From the NCBI GenBank assembly GCA_965153285.1, contig OZ229115.1: a stretch of 64,000 bases of DNA. One strand, given 5' to 3'. The position numbers and the translations under genes are program-made. The stretch comes from Podarcis tiliguerta (Eukaryota). The notes beneath the pieces were generated by a model. The model made no database searches and was not told where the DNA came from. It worked only from the letters and a program-made list of their open reading frames with translations. This document shows, piece after piece, positions 1 to 16,686 of the stretch (positions are counted from its first letter, which is position 1; each line of letters opens with the position of its first letter).

Positions 1-847
1 AGCCTGGTACCACTGTACTTAAATGTCACCTTTTTGTGTCCTTGAGTGTATGTGTTATATAAATTCTCCCTTCCATGTTGGCTGGGACTCCTAGCAGATG
101 CCATAGGGTCGGCCTCTACACTTGTTGTGATTTGATTCCACTCTTAGAGGTTCAGGCAGAACATGATGACATGAACTCTAGGGTGGATGTATCTGTCATT
201 TCTTGAATGAAGCAGTGCATTTGTATTTTCAGTTCTTACTGCTATTACAGGCGTTGTTGGGGATTTAGAATTCTCTTTGAACCCACCCTGCTTCCAAGTT
301 CAATAGGACTGGGAATTGTTGGAAGAAATGAGATTGGATCATTTAGGTGAGGAGTGATGTGTACTGCGATAGGGCATATACAGACCAAACAATGTTCATT
401 CTAGCCACAGTGGCATTACCAAGACTTCTTGGATCTGGGAATTCCTAAGAGCACATCTTGCTCCTTTGCAAGTATTTCTTTTTAAGAACACTGGAAGGAA
501 ATCTGGTATTTTTATGGTTCCACAGAAATGCCAGATTCAGCAGTACATGGCTAGACCCTTGGTATTGTCTCAGCCATATCGATCTACTGCTGGGAGAAGG
601 CAGAGAGAGAGAGGAAAAGAAGATTTCATATATAATCAGTTCATTATGGTCACAATGGATTATCTCCCCTCATTCTCCCATGTGTTTATCTGACTCTACC
701 CATGCACACACAGCCACACTAACTAAGTTCACACTGGTAATGTTTGTCTTCCACCTATGTAATATGTGTCAAGGATTCTGCAAGGAGTGAGAGTTTGGCC
801 ATCTTACAAAACTCTGATCTGTTGCTAAAACATTTTTTCTAATGTAG

Positions 848-991
848 GAAAATGCGAAAATTTGCAGGAGGCGATGGCAGCATTCCATACTCTTCCTTAG
901 ACAAACTCAGCAGATCTGAGGAGCCGTCAGAGTTTTCATCCAGAATCAGCAGCTTCTTTGACTCAGTATTGCGGAGAAGGAGCAGGGAGGG
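848..991 (+). CDS. PHTF1: PHTF1 internal coding exon (KMRKFAGGDGS...RRRSRE)
   Basis: Acceptor ttttctaatgtag and donor GTACGG; open frame, phase 2/2; resembles the RKLRK..GDGS segment of vertebrate PHTF1. Upstream exons lie outside the window. Confidence 0.8.
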
Positions 992-1730
992 GTACGGTTG
1001 GTAGTGTTGGCTTGTTCCGGAGGTAGCAATTATATATATTTTTATCTAATATTTTTCTATCTGCTGACCTTGCCTCTGTTACATCATATTCTAATTTTAT
1101 GGAATGTTGTCTTTTGTAGGCGATTTAGTTGTTTTTATTTAAATGATGTAAGTTGGCCTTACCTAGGCATGACAAGCATGACACTCAAGAGAGTGCAAAT
1201 GGTTCTCCCCTACCCAGTGCTATTTTTCTAGAAAAACACCTCCCTTGTTCTCTTCTAATGGCAATGGCGCACCCCTAAGAGGTGCTGGAACTGTGTTCTG
1301 GTGAGTTCCGGCTGAAAAAAAGCCCCACCCCTGCCTTCATACTTTGCAACCACCCTGTCAGATAGATTAGGCTGTGGCAGTCCCAAGGCCCTTCATGGCC
1401 GAGCAAGGATTGAAACCTTAATCCTCCCCAGTGATTGTCTAATACTCTAACTACTGTGCTACACTATGATTTGCCTCTGAAATGGAGAGAGTTGCATTTT
1501 CGATGTCCTCTTTGAGATAAAAGATGAAGCGTTATTGAGAGGAATTAATTCTCTCCCAACTAGTTTTCACTCAGACAGAGGAATTGTTCTGTTCATCTTT
1601 TTTTAAGAGTCCTCTTTTCAGTAGATTTTAAAATAGCAATGGGAAATTTCCCTTGTACATAATTGTGTCTGGCCTGCTGCCCATGCCTTCTCCAGGGGTT
1701 TGAAACTTTGGAACACTTTCTCTTAGTTCC

Positions 1731-1782
<52 letters not shown>

Positions 1783-1783
1783 A
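1731..1783. repeat. (AAAG)n microsatellite
   Basis: Direct inspection. Confidence 0.95.
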
Positions 1784-1973
1784 GCCAGTGGATGTGTGTG
1801 TTTATTCTTTTGATAGAAAAAGAAATGGATAATTCTGTAATCCCTCTGCCATTTCTTGATTTTATTATTATTTCTATTATTTCACGTACGGATCACTTCC
1901 TATGAAGCATCTCAACTTCACTATAAAAATGTGTAGAAAGAAGACATGCTATCTATAGCATTTCCTTCCTTAG

Positions 1974-2112
1974 GATTAAAAGGGGAAGACGGGTAGCGGA
2001 TAAAGGGACTGAAACGGAACATAGCAGTGGCGTGAAACGCCGGATTTCCAGATCTGAGCATAGCTTGCAGCGGTCCAAGGAGGCGGTCTTACCTAGTGCA
2101 GAAAAAGCCCTG
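1974..2112 (+). CDS. PHTF1: PHTF1 coding exon (IKRGRRVADKGTETE...EKAL)
   Basis: ttccttccttag acceptor, GTAAGA donor; IKR...KGTET motif; phase 2 to 0. Confidence 0.9.
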
Positions 2113-2183
2113 GTAAGATATGATATGAGTTTGATGCTTTAGTTTTCCAGATGCAAATGTCAAATGGGTTTTGTAGGAACAAT

Positions 2184-2213
2184 TATATATATATATGTAT
2201 GTATATATGTATG

Positions 2214-2248
<35 letters not shown>
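2184..2248. repeat. (TA)n/(TATG)n compound microsatellite
   Basis: Direct inspection. Confidence 0.9.
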
Positions 2249-2250
<2 letters not shown>

Positions 2251-2826
2251 CCTCTCCTTTTTTTAATTGCTTTATTGATTGTAAAACAAACAAACAAACA
2301 AAAAGAAACAGTCAACAAAAAACCCAAAGGTTAATACGAATTACAAAAAATAAGTTAATTTTGTACAACACAACTTCTGTTATGACTTCCATTACATCAT
2401 TATCTCTTTTAATCCTACCTTTCCTCCAAGGATCAGAGGGTGGCACATGTGGTCACAAACTTTATTCTCAAACTTTATTCTCAGGACACACCTGTAATGA
2501 GTGATGAAAGATGAAAGTCAGTTAATGATCCAATGTCACCCAGTGTGTTTCATGTCCAAGCTGAGATTTAAAGTCCCTTGATGGTAGGGATACCTGCACT
2601 GCATCCAAACTCCTTCAGCATGGTAGATTATTTTGCCATGCTACCATGTAGGAAAATAGCAGTGCAGGTTCTTGTGACATCAACTTAGCCCTCTGTCTCA
2701 CAGCCTGGAGCAAATGGCAGTGCTTTTAGGAGAGTAATAACCATGCTGATAACCATATGTCGCTGAAACTAAAGTTATTGTTGCAATTCCTTTCAGTTGT
2801 TTGCTTGTAGTGTTTAGTTGGTACTA

Positions 2827-3068
2827 CAGTGGTACCTCTGGTTACATACTTAATTTGTTCCAGAGGTCCGTTCTTAACCTGAAACTGTTCTTAACCTGAA
2901 GCACCACTTTAGCTAATGGGGCCTCCTGCTGCTGCCGCGCCGCCAGGGCACGATTTCTGTTCTCATCCTGAAGCAAAGTTCTTAACTTAAGGTACTATTT
3001 CTGGGTTAGCGGAGTCTATAACCTGAAGAGTATGTAACCTGAAGTGTATGTAACTCGAGGTACCACTG
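2827..3068. mobile_element. Non-autonomous Tc1/mariner (Tigger/pogo-like) MITE, 242 bp
   Basis: TIRs CAGTGGTACCTC...GAGGTACCACTG with TA on both sides; near-identical inverted copy at 51248-51489. Confidence 0.9.
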
Positions 3069-3183
3069 TATTACCAAGCAGTTTTCTACTTACTGGTAAC
3101 TATTACACAGATTATGCTACATGAACACGACGAGTTCGATCTGCATGTTGACTAGCTTTCATTCTAACTTGTACTCTTTTCAG

Positions 3184-3354
3184 GTTAATGCCAGGCGCTC
3201 TGGGGTTTCTGATGAGCTGTCAAGTGAGGAGGATACAGATGCTATGAGTCAGAACATTTTGTTGCGCAGAAGTGTAGAAGGTGCCCCTAGTGAAAATCAG
3301 AGCAGGAAACCTTCTGTTACTACTTCTGCTTCTCCAAACCAATCAGTATCACAG
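3184..3354 (+). CDS. PHTF1: PHTF1 coding exon (VNARRSGVSDELSSEED...SVSQ)
   Basis: AG/GTAAGT boundaries, 171 nt; GVSDELSSEED and LLRRSVEGA motifs. Confidence 0.95.
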
Positions 3355-4610
3355 GTAAGTTACAGTTTCTGTAACAGTGATTGCTGTCTTAGAGAAGTAA
3401 TTACTCCACTTCCACAGACCCGGGTTGGGTGTCATCTTTGATCAGAAGCAGCAAGAAAATAAGCTGTTAAATTTTATTTAAAGCCCTGGATTAAATGCTG
3501 CCACGTTGTTAAATGTATTTCAACTCCTCAGTACTTGGGGATGCCTGGAAATGAAATGAATAATGCTTATTTGGAATTGAGGTAAAATGTAAGCCGCTTT
3601 TTCTAGTATATTTAATGTATTAATACTGTTTGTGTTTTAGATGGACATAACAAAATATAAAATAGAATCACAGGACTGACACTGACATCTAGGATGACGA
3701 CTTTCTGTTTTGGTACCCAAGGCCTTTTCTGACTCACCATCCCTGTAGACTCAGTAGTTTTGCTTGTTCTAGAGTAAACCCAGAACGAAACATCAGTTTA
3801 ATGGTACTTAAAAAAAATAAAGCGTAAGGATTTTAGACATGAAGATAAAAATAAATCTATTAAAAAGTACTTCTTAGATAACAGTATTTTCAGATGTTAA
3901 GGATAGGAGTAAGTAGTTCAAGATTAGAGGCTTCACATTTCTAGCTATCTAAGGTTAATTTTAAAGCAAAACTGGTTTGCTGTTGATGAAAGGAAATAAC
4001 TGCTCAGAAAAGTTATATAAGACGGTCCCTCTTATATAACATCAAGGTTCCTGTGGTGGCAGCAGAAAAACAGGAGGAGATGGTCTCCTAAGTGGCAGCT
4101 AGAGTTTGCAGTTGTCATAGGCTAAAGGGAAAATTTGGCTATTTAGATGACTTCATACACCTGCATTTTTAAAATTAAAAATCCCAGAAATTGGAGCCTT
4201 ATGCACAAGGAAGTAATGCAAAAGTACCACTTGATAAATTCTCTTTTGCCTCTATATAAATTCTGTTAGCTACTCTTGCCTTTTCATTGTACACTTCAGA
4301 AGTATGGATGGCAAGATGTACGTATCTATGGTGGCTCCCCATGGGTTTTAGAACCCTGATTTTCCAGCATTCTACAACTCGCATAAAGACCCCACTTCAC
4401 TTTCTGCAAGCTGGAAGGCAAGAAGAAATGGCAAAGTAAGGTGGTGAAGGAGCAAGATTAGGACTAAGCCCCCACCTCTGGTTATGTTTATGTAGGGGTG
4501 TGTGCAAGCACACAGACACTTTGGACAAGAGAAATGGGAAGATAAGAAATAGTACGTTCATTCCCACATGTAAAAGTTCTGCACTTACTGTCTTTTGTGG
4601 TCTGAGGCAG

Positions 4611-4688
4611 ATCAAGGAGGTCGTGAAATCTATGCAAGACTCTGACAGCATAGAGGAATCGGAACTGGACACAACAGTTCTTCATGAG
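4611..4688 (+). CDS. PHTF1: PHTF1 coding exon (IKEVVKSMQDSDSIEESELDTTVLHE)
   Basis: AG/GT boundaries, 78 nt, phase 0/0; DSDS..ESE motif. Confidence 0.85.
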
Positions 4689-6363
4689 GTACCAGTTTAC
4701 CCAAAATTTTAGATTATTAACAGTATGTCACATAAGTTGAAGAGCCTGGATGCAGATAATCACCCTTTTTGAATTTGGGGTTATCTTTAGTCCTATGTGA
4801 GGAAGTAGTTGCTGATGTTTTTTTCTTAAATGACATGACCCTTTCAGTGCAACTTTAATTGGGTAGGTGATGATGGAAAATGAAATGAATGACACCTGTT
4901 TCCAGTTGAAACATACTACTTTATCTCAATGTCTGCTCCTTGCATTGTCTGAAAAGGCACATTGAGCAGTTCATAGTCAGCAGAATGGGAATAAATATGT
5001 GCTCCTTACTTGAGTATTGCATTTTTTTTGCTAAATATCTCTAGGTATACCTATAGCTGACTCAAATATAACATTGGGTATGCTTTGCTATACCCAATGT
5101 GAGACTCAGAATGCATTCTTGTTGTAAGCGTAAAATGTTCTTCTTTGATGTACCACTTCTATTTAAAAGTGAAGAAAGATCCAGCCAGTTTATTTTTTAG
5201 TAATACAAGATTCTAAGGTGTATAGCCCACTTAGTTTTGGGGGTGAAAAGGGAGATCATGACATTTTATATAGCATCAGAGTGGAGAAATGGGAGAATTT
5301 TGTTGAACTTTGAATGGCTTTTTTCATTGACTCTTCAACAGTGGGGATCTCTTGTTTTCACCGCTTAAAAATTGGTTTCTACTGAGAAACTCCATTTTGT
5401 TAAAGCTCTCCACTGACAATAAAAATTCACCCCAAAATATCACACAGTGCTCTGTGACTGGTGTTCTTTGGACACTGATCTCTTGTGTTAAAGCAATATG
5501 TTGCTCTTTCTTTCCTTTCTAAAATCAAATTTATTTCTGTATGAAATAAAATTTAAATCTCTACCAATCTGGAGAAAATCTTCTTACCTGCCTTCCAGCT
5601 CTGGCAAGTCATAAAAATGTTGACTTCACTGGTGCACTGGAGCTCCAATGAATCTATTAAAGCAGAAAACTAGCACATAAACTGGTTTATCTAACACTAT
5701 TTTTTCTGCTTCAAAATTAAATTCTGGGCAGGTGAAGTATCCCTATTCTTAGCTTGTCTCTAGGGTCCAGCATTACATATTGCAATGCTTCTGGATGTGT
5801 ATAGGACACATTTGTCTATTACGTTTGTACTTTGTGGTAGTGCCCATGTCTCTCTCCCACCGGCTTTCATTTTATCCTCACCAAAACCTTGTCAGCAACC
5901 AGTTTGGGAAAACGTGTGTTTACCAGGATACTTAAAGAAGAGGAGGAGAGTGTTTTCAGTCACAAGTACACCACTTGAGAAGCTAGTGATTGTAGCAGTT
6001 GCCTGGTATGCATTTCTGCAATCTGTGATTGAAATGCATGCCCTTTCTTACCACTGAGAATACTTATGCTTGCTATCAGCACCCTATTCAGTGTAAGTAC
6101 ATGAGTTCAGCATGATTCTCTGGTCCCTGGAGGGCACGGTTATATGATTCCCTTTGCAGGGGGACTTTGTAGAAAATGCTAAGCTAGCGGACCCAGTGGA
6201 AACATATGGCAGACAATTCTAAACAGAGGAGGAATCTGTACATTTTTCTTGCTAGGAATAGGATTGGGCTTGTTTGCCGTGTTGCAGCTTAAATCAGTAA
6301 AGCATTGTACAGGGGCAATTTGGGCCTCATTGAAGTGGCCATTTAGTGACTAGTCTCAGCTGA

Positions 6364-6621
<258 letters not shown>

Positions 6622-7443
6622 TGAAGTGTTTCCCCCATGACTGTAAATTAAGTGAATGAAAAGCTAGAGTCAAACTGCCAAAATCTCCCCCTCAAGCAAC
6701 AGGGCATGAAACTCTTTTGTCAAGAGTTTATGTGCACAAAAGTCACTTCTCTTTGTCATTTATCTGGGAGTGTAGTTGGGTTTGTGGTTCAGTTCTGGAG
6801 TATTAGCTTAGGCACATTCTGCTAGATGGCCTCAACGATACAAGGGAGATTTCCATAAATGGTGTGGGAGACTTGAATCTTGGTGCATGGCAGTGATCTT
6901 TCAAGTGCCAAAGTCTCAGCAATGGCTGTGGGGCATTGGAGAGTTATATTCCCTAAGCCTCCTACTAAATAAATTCATCAAAGTGAAAGGAGTTTTGTTT
7001 GTCAAATTGGGGAAAATTTCTGATATGTACCTGTGGTATTAGCACAGTTTACATCTGAAATAAATTCACTCTCTGGGAAAGCATAAGTATAAAATATTGT
7101 GTCCTTCAAGTGCTCAGAAAATGTGGTACTATTGGTGGAAGCCATGCTGATTCAAAGCAGCAAGTGATAAAACAATTGTGTCTTTATTGCGCAAAAAAGA
7201 TTTTGAGGAGGCTCAGCTTATAGGGCCTCATAGATCTGGTGAAAGCTTCTTGTTCTCAGAATTTCTTAGCCCTTCAACCTGCATAATGTTAAAGCCATCT
7301 GTATGTTATTATAGGTAATGATGGCATCCAAAGTGTGCAGTAAGGATAGAGCCTGGGGCCTTGAAGGGTGTTCATGCATATTCAAATAAGATCCATCTCT
7401 TGAGCAGTGAAGTTTGACGTCTTAGTGGCAAAGTGTTTGCTAA

Positions 7444-7764
<321 letters not shown>

Positions 7765-8087
7765 TAAAATTGCTCCAAGTTGTCCCCCACCTTAGCAACT
7801 TCTGCTGATACATGACAGGTGGACTGTGATATGGACACCCAAAGCTGGGGGAGAATGCAGCAGCCATTTAATTGTAAGGAGAAATATGGTCAACAAAAGC
7901 TTACCATAATATATGTGTTCATTTTCAAGGTGCCACAAGACACTGCCCCCCCAAAACAGATTAATGCTGCTACCATTCTGGAAATTGCTATGGGGAGAAT
8001 TTTTTTTTTGGGGGGGGGGGTTAACTGTTACAATGAAACATTTCTTGCAGGCTGTGAAATTTTGCTCTTGCTTTCCCTAACCAATAG

Positions 8088-9648
<1,561 letters not shown>

Positions 9649-9932
9649 CTCCTTCACTTCCTTTCTCCCAGATAGCCTCTAGTATCACAAAATGAGTGTG
9701 ATGTTACTGGGTTGCATCTTTCCCCTCTGCATGCAAGTGGCAGCTTGTGGAAAGAGTCTAAATGGATTATGTTTTCCTCCTCATTTGACACCTTGCAGTA
9801 ATGTGTTTCCTAACCTGGAGAAATGTTATTGAAGGGTTCCTTAGCATATTGTTTATTAACCTGACTGCAGTAATGGTAAGAGGAGGAACTGGTTGTGAGT
9901 CCCAAGTGACAGCAAAGTGCAGTTTGTTATGA

Positions 9933-10193
<261 letters not shown>

Positions 10194-10578
10194 TGAAAGA
10201 GCCTGCTGCCTAGGACTGTGTGGCTGTTTTCAAGTGAGTGCTTGTTCCACCAAGCACTGAGTGAGATCAGCCCCATTTCCCTTGTGGCAAAATCTAAGAA
10301 AGGACCTGCCACAAGGGATGTTGCACTTGGTGAAGAAGTCTCTTCCCGGACAGAAGGCATCAGCTGGCAATGGGCTGGTGCTTAGCAGCAATTTTTGATA
10401 GCTTTGAATTATGAGTCAGTTTTGAACTGCATTGTTTGTTGAGTTGTTTATTGCTTTATATGCTATTGTGTTTTTATGATTATGTTGATAGAAAGTGTAC
10501 AATTTTCTCAACAATGTTGAGCTCAAAGCAGCTCACAATAACAATAGCACTAAAATTAGCAAATGCTGAATCAAATAG

Positions 10579-10746
<168 letters not shown>

Positions 10747-11376
10747 TAATTATTTGAAGATACAATGCTGATAATCAAATTTATATATCAATACAGTACT
10801 AATACAAGCATCTGAATTTGGGTGTACAATACAACGTGAGGAGAGTTCCACCTCAAAGGGAAGAGTTTGAAAATTGTCCATTTAAAGAACTTGAACTAAA
10901 AAGCTGGACCTGAATTTGCTTGTTTCTTCCTCCTTTTCAAACATTTTTCCAAACAAAACTTTAAAAAATTGTAATCCAGTGGGCAGGAGTCCCCCCCCCC
11001 CAGTGATATGTAAGCTGTTCCAGAGGAATTCTTTGACTGAATAACAGGATAAAAACAATTCTCTCTTTTTTTAAAAAAAGTAGGTTTATAGCTAAAATTC
11101 CTTTTTGATTTGGTACATTTCCTCTCCACAGAGGAGAGACCTTTATAGAGCAGGCATGGGGAATCTCTGGCCTCTGTGCCTAACTAGGCCCAACACACAT
11201 CTTGTTAGCCCAAGAGGCAATTTCCCCCAGACCACGGCCACTTGTTCCACCCTGAAAGTTTATGTGATGTCAGGTGAGTGACAGGTGGAGACACAGTTGC
11301 CCGTGAACAAGTAGGAGCCTTGCCACCCGACCCTGCCCCACTCACCATTCCCCCCTCCCCCCTCTTTTCTTCCTAA

Positions 11377-11627
11377 CCAGCGTGGTGTAGTGGTTAAGAG
11401 CGGTAGTCTCGTAATCTGGGGAACCGGGTTCGCGTCTCAGCTCCTCCACATGCAGCTGCTGGGTGACCTTGGGCCAGTCACACTTCTCTGATGTCTCTCA
11501 GCCCCACTCACCTCACAGAGTGTTTGTTGTGGGGGAGGAAGGGAAAGGAGAATGTTAGCCGCTTTGAGACTCCTTAAAGGGAGTGAAAGGCGGGATATCA
11601 AATCCAAACTCCTCTTCTTCTTCTTCT
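11377..11627 (+). mobile_element. tRNA-derived SINE (Squam3-like) with (CTT)n tail, nested in an older DNA-transposon remnant
   Basis: A box TGGTGTAGTGG, B-box-like GGTTCGCGTCT, core GTGACCTTGGGCCAGTCAC, CTT tail. Confidence 0.85.
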
Positions 11628-12096
11628 AACCTAACACTGTATGTAACACTAATGTCTCACAACAAATAAAACTGATCTGTAGAAAATGCATCTTGAAAAA
11701 AAGAGACAATGCACGTTTTTTCGTAAACTAAGAAATCTTTAATAAAAAAATATATTTTAAAAAACACAAGTGAGAGCCTTAAAGTGGCAATGCACTCCCA
11801 GTGGTGACACCAAGCCTTTCTTACCAATGTACTACCAGTCAGCTGGGATTGCTAATGCTAATAACTTCGCCATGGCGGAACACCATAGTACAGCTCATCC
11901 TAGCAGAAAACAGAGGTTGAAGTCAGTGCCTATCAGCTCCCTGGGAACTCTGTAGTCAGTTGATCCTTCCAGGGGCTTGCAAAGAGCAGACCAGGGCTCT
12001 TTGGGAGCTCCTTTCACCTTGCAAAGTGCCCTGTTTGGTGCTTTGAAGAGCCCATAATCAGCTGATTGGTGCTTCAACTATGCAGGGCTATAGTAG

Positions 12097-12429
<333 letters not shown>

Positions 12430-12434
12430 TAAAT

Positions 12435-12862
12435 TGTTAGAATTCCTGCTCCATGATTGCAGTCATGGGATTTTTGTCTATCACATGACAGTGTATGTTT
12501 TGATTCCACAGAGTGGGAAGTGACGAAGACAGGATGTTTGTGTTGCTGTGTTCCGTGAAGTGGGACTATTGTCCTTTGTTCTTTTTCTCTTTGCTGTCTG
12601 ATGCTAGAGAGAGGGGGAGCCATGTTGCAATGCTCCATGTGTGTTTATATGTAAATAAAGTAGATTAGCCAAAATGTTGAGTTGCTGAGGTCTGTCACGC
12701 AAGTTGTGCAAACTCTGCAGATCCCTAAGTGTGCCGGTGTCGGTTGGCATCGGTCGCTGTGATGTTCGGGCTGAAGCAAGCTTTTGAAGCTCCCAAACGA
12801 TCGACCACTTGGGCATGTTTCTCTGCCAGGGTCCTACTCGAGTGTAGGCTGAACTCCTGACA
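12435..12862 (+). mobile_element. Solo LTR, 428 bp
   Basis: TGTTAG...CTGACA termini, perfect 5-bp TSD TAAAT (12430-12434 and 12863-12867), internal AATAAA at 12654. Confidence 0.85.
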
Positions 12863-13120
12863 TAAATATTCATATATCTAGATCTTTGCACAGTTCACAA
12901 GTAGTCTGTTACTTACCAACTTAAATCTATATAAAATGACTTTATTAGTTTTGAAGAACAAGCTGGTTTTCAAGCCAGGCACTTGAAGATATTGGGGTCA
13001 TTTGGTTAATGGCTACAAAGTGCCACACTTGCACATTTAAAATGTAACAAAATTTCAGTGTTTAATTTTCATCTTTCAGACCCAGTGCATGGTCTGAAGG
13101 CTCATGAGGCTACTGCCTTG

Positions 13121-13225
13121 CTGAAGCTAAGCAGGTCTGGGTCTTGTCAGTGCCAGGATGGGTGAGCCCTTGGGTACCAGATGTATGCTGCCTTTAGTTC
13201 TATAACAAAAGGCAGGGTATAAATG
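13121..13225 (+). mobile_element. Degenerate 5S rRNA-derived SINE or 5S pseudogene fragment
   Basis: GAAGCTAAGCAGG...GGATGGG resembles the 5S internal control region, followed by an L2-like tail (ggcagggtataaat). Confidence 0.6.
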
Positions 13226-13723
13226 ATGAGATATCCAATTCCTTGTATTCCTGCCCCCTTTCCCAGCTACAAATTACTTTTCCTGCTACATGGACTCTTA
13301 AAACATACCCTTCATGAAGCACCTGTCTATGCAGCCACGATTTGTTTAGACACCTGTCTTCTAAGTCTATCATCTCCCTTTCTCTGAGGTACCCATGTTT
13401 CTGGGTGAGAGACTAGCTTGTCTCTCATTTTGGTGCTAGGGTGTATTGTAATTTGCTGACCCTCCTTTGGTGTGCAGGCAAATGGTTGATTTTTTTTTGG
13501 GGGGGGGTAACTTCAAGCATTTTGTGGACTGCATCTAGGTGTGTGTATTTTAAAGCTCCTTGTTGGGGCCTGTGTTTCTGCTGCTTTGCTTAGGGCAAGT
13601 ATTAAGTTACTTCAGTTAATAGTGCCTAAGGCTAAGGATGGGTGAAGGAATGTTGCTTATGTTGAGCATGCCTCCTATCCCACCTATAGGTGAAGGACAG
13701 ACTTGGATCAATAAAAGATGTGA

Positions 13724-13885
<162 letters not shown>

Positions 13886-14102
13886 TAATGCTTGATAAAA
13901 TGATGTTTGACCATTTGAAGGGTATTTTTGTGGTGCCCATTTGGGAAGGGGCAGAGCACATACTTTGCATGAACGTCTCAGGTTCAATGCTTGAAGGGTC
14001 AGTGTGGACAGTACTGACCTAGATGGTCCACTGGTCTGACTCAGCGTAAAGCAACTGCCTATGTTCCTGAGCAAGACTAGCCCGTTAACTTTTCTTTTCT
14101 GA

Positions 14103-14306
<204 letters not shown>

Positions 14307-14625
14307 TGAAGTCCGCCTTCCCTTCCTATGGGCTTGGTGATGCTGCAACAGATACTGTTACCAATGAAACCAGCAATTGGGCCTTACGATTCTGGACCTT
14401 CAGTTTGAAAACAAACCAAACCAAATCAGAGAAGGCTGCTCAGTTAAATCATTGGTTTCTGCTTCTTCATGTGTGTAGCCTGCAAATGAACAATGATCTG
14501 ACAGTTGCTTGTATATGCTTTAAAAGGCTTAGTTTTGAACTATGAAACTACTGTTTTTTAGATTGATTTTTTAAAAATCAATTGTTAAGCTACTCTCCTG
14601 ATATAATGCCTACTTAATTTTTTAG

Positions 14626-14646
14626 TTGTGGAAAATCAAACCGTGA
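14626..14646 (+). CDS. PHTF1: PHTF1 terminal coding segment (LWKIKP*)
   Basis: taattttttag acceptor then TTG TGG AAA ATC AAA CCG TGA; matches the LWKIKS C-terminus of PHTF proteins. Confidence 0.93.
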   Translation: MWKIKP

Positions 14647-16100
14647 GTTGAAGAAGAAAGAAGCTTGGGCCCTTGTCCAGTGCCACAAGAGTTATCAGCA
14701 GTCCTGCATGGGCTTGGAATGGCATTTGAAGGTGCTTCTCTCATTTTAGTAGTCTTCACATCTTATGCTTTTCATACATTCTGTCAAGACCAGAATAAAT
14801 TAATTTTATTCTCAGTGAGGCCATGGCTTGAAGAAATGGTTAAATAAACCTTAGTAAACGGGCTTCTTAGAATAAAGTTATCTGACAAACCTGCAGCTCC
14901 CATGGAGTGCAGTAGTATGAAATCATACAACAGATATTTGTTGCATAAACAAAACCACTGCAACAAGCCAGTCATTTTCCGACCTGAAAAGGCTTGCTGT
15001 TAAGTCACCTGTAAGGGGAACAGAACTTAATGCATACTATGAACATGTTAAGGGACATGTTTTTAAAACGAGGTGGCTGAGCATGGTGCTATGTTCTAAG
15101 TTCAGAGAGGTGCTTGATTTTGGCAGAATCACCTCCTTTTGGTAGCTTGCTCTTGACCTACTTTAAAGTGCCTCCAATAAAATTTTCTTGAATGGCACTA
15201 GACTCAGCAGCAGAAGCTGCTGGAGGCCTTGCCTACTGATGTTGATTTATAAGAGAAGGAAATTATATACTCAACTTGTGGTGATGGATTTTTATCTCCA
15301 GGCATGCAGCGGTTGCTTAGGAACACACAAACAGCTCCAGAAGGTGGCTTACAGTAGGCCTGCCACACACACCAGGAGAGATGATAGTTTTTATATGATT
15401 AGCATTCTTCAAATAACTCATTATGTGAACTCAGACTGATCTGAACAAGCAAAGCAATCTCTCCATGAGAGAATACAGCAATGTTTATATGCTTCCAGAG
15501 AGAGCAGATATTCTACAGTATTTAAGAGGCAATTAGAACCCAATTTCTGCTGGGATAGATTACAACACCCATTGCTGGCATTTAGCTGCACGGAAAGTGG
15601 GTTGGACCTGAAAATTTTCCCACTGCAGGGGGCTATTGATTAAAGAACTTTACACACAATCCTTCCCAAGTAGGGTAAGTATTAGGGCTGTGGACTGCTT
15701 CACACAAGAAAATTTTCTATAGCTGTACTGATTTTCACATATGGTATACATATGGTTTACCATACATAAATATTTAGAACCTACATGGCAGCTTCTGAAT
15801 GTACATGCAGCAAACCCATATTTCTATGTTTTTCTATTTGTGATACTATAATTTTATTCCTGAATCCACATACAAATATGTGAAGTAACTCTAAAAGGGC
15901 TTACCAAATTATCACTGAGTGGTTGGTTGCTGTCACTAGTATATATGGAATAGTTGAATATTTTTAAAATCAGCACTGCCTGTAGCATCTTAAGCAAGAT
16001 ATACTTTGTATATGATACTGTTTATACAAACAGCTTTGTACGAACTGTTTATTGTCATACAATATTCTTCAAGTCCAACTAAATGTTAGTAATCTGGATG

Positions 16101-16106
16101 AATAAA
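16101..16106 (+). terminator. PHTF1: Probable PHTF1 polyadenylation signal (AATAAA)
   Basis: AATAAA preceded by TGTA-rich sequence and followed by a GT/T-rich tract; more proximal AATAAA copies exist near 14793, 14871 and 15176. Confidence 0.5.
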
Positions 16107-16680
16107 ACAAGTAATGTAAACACTGAAGTTTTGCTATGTTCTTTTCTGATGACAACCACTGTGTTTACAGGTAAAAGGGCCATTTGTGAGAGATGTGTTG
16201 GCTGCAGGTGGAAGGTGAATTTTACATTGTGCTACAGCTGTGAGAAAAGTAAAATTAAATCTTTGAGATGTTTCTACACAAGCAGAAGCATGAACAATGC
16301 TATTGAGCCTATGTATTTTAGAATTTTTGAACTTGTACCTTCCTGCTGGTTCATGCTCTTTTACATCCAATCTAGAGTTATAATGTAGCAGGTGGGTAAC
16401 ACAGTCTGACTCTGCCCAATAGTTTTTTGTGGCCCTGCAATCCCTCCCAACCATTTCTCTTACTCTACATAATTTGATTCTGCAATGCCAAACAGTTTTG
16501 TGATCTCCAAAATTTCCCCCTTTTGAAAAATGGTCATGCCCACGTTTACAGTGTTAGCTGGGGCCAATGCGGCCCTTGGCCTGAAAAAAGTTATATACCC
16601 TTGTTCTAATGCATAAAATACTGAAGAGGTGATATTTTCATAAAGTACAGTACTCCAGAAGCCATGAACTAGAGTCTCTT

Positions 16681-16686
16681 TTTAAT
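16681..16686 (-). terminator. MAGI3: Probable MAGI3 distal polyadenylation signal (ATTAAA)
   Basis: ATTAAA on the minus strand at the end of a repeat-poor, U-rich/TGTA-rich 3.8 kb stretch after the MAGI3 stop. Confidence 0.4.
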
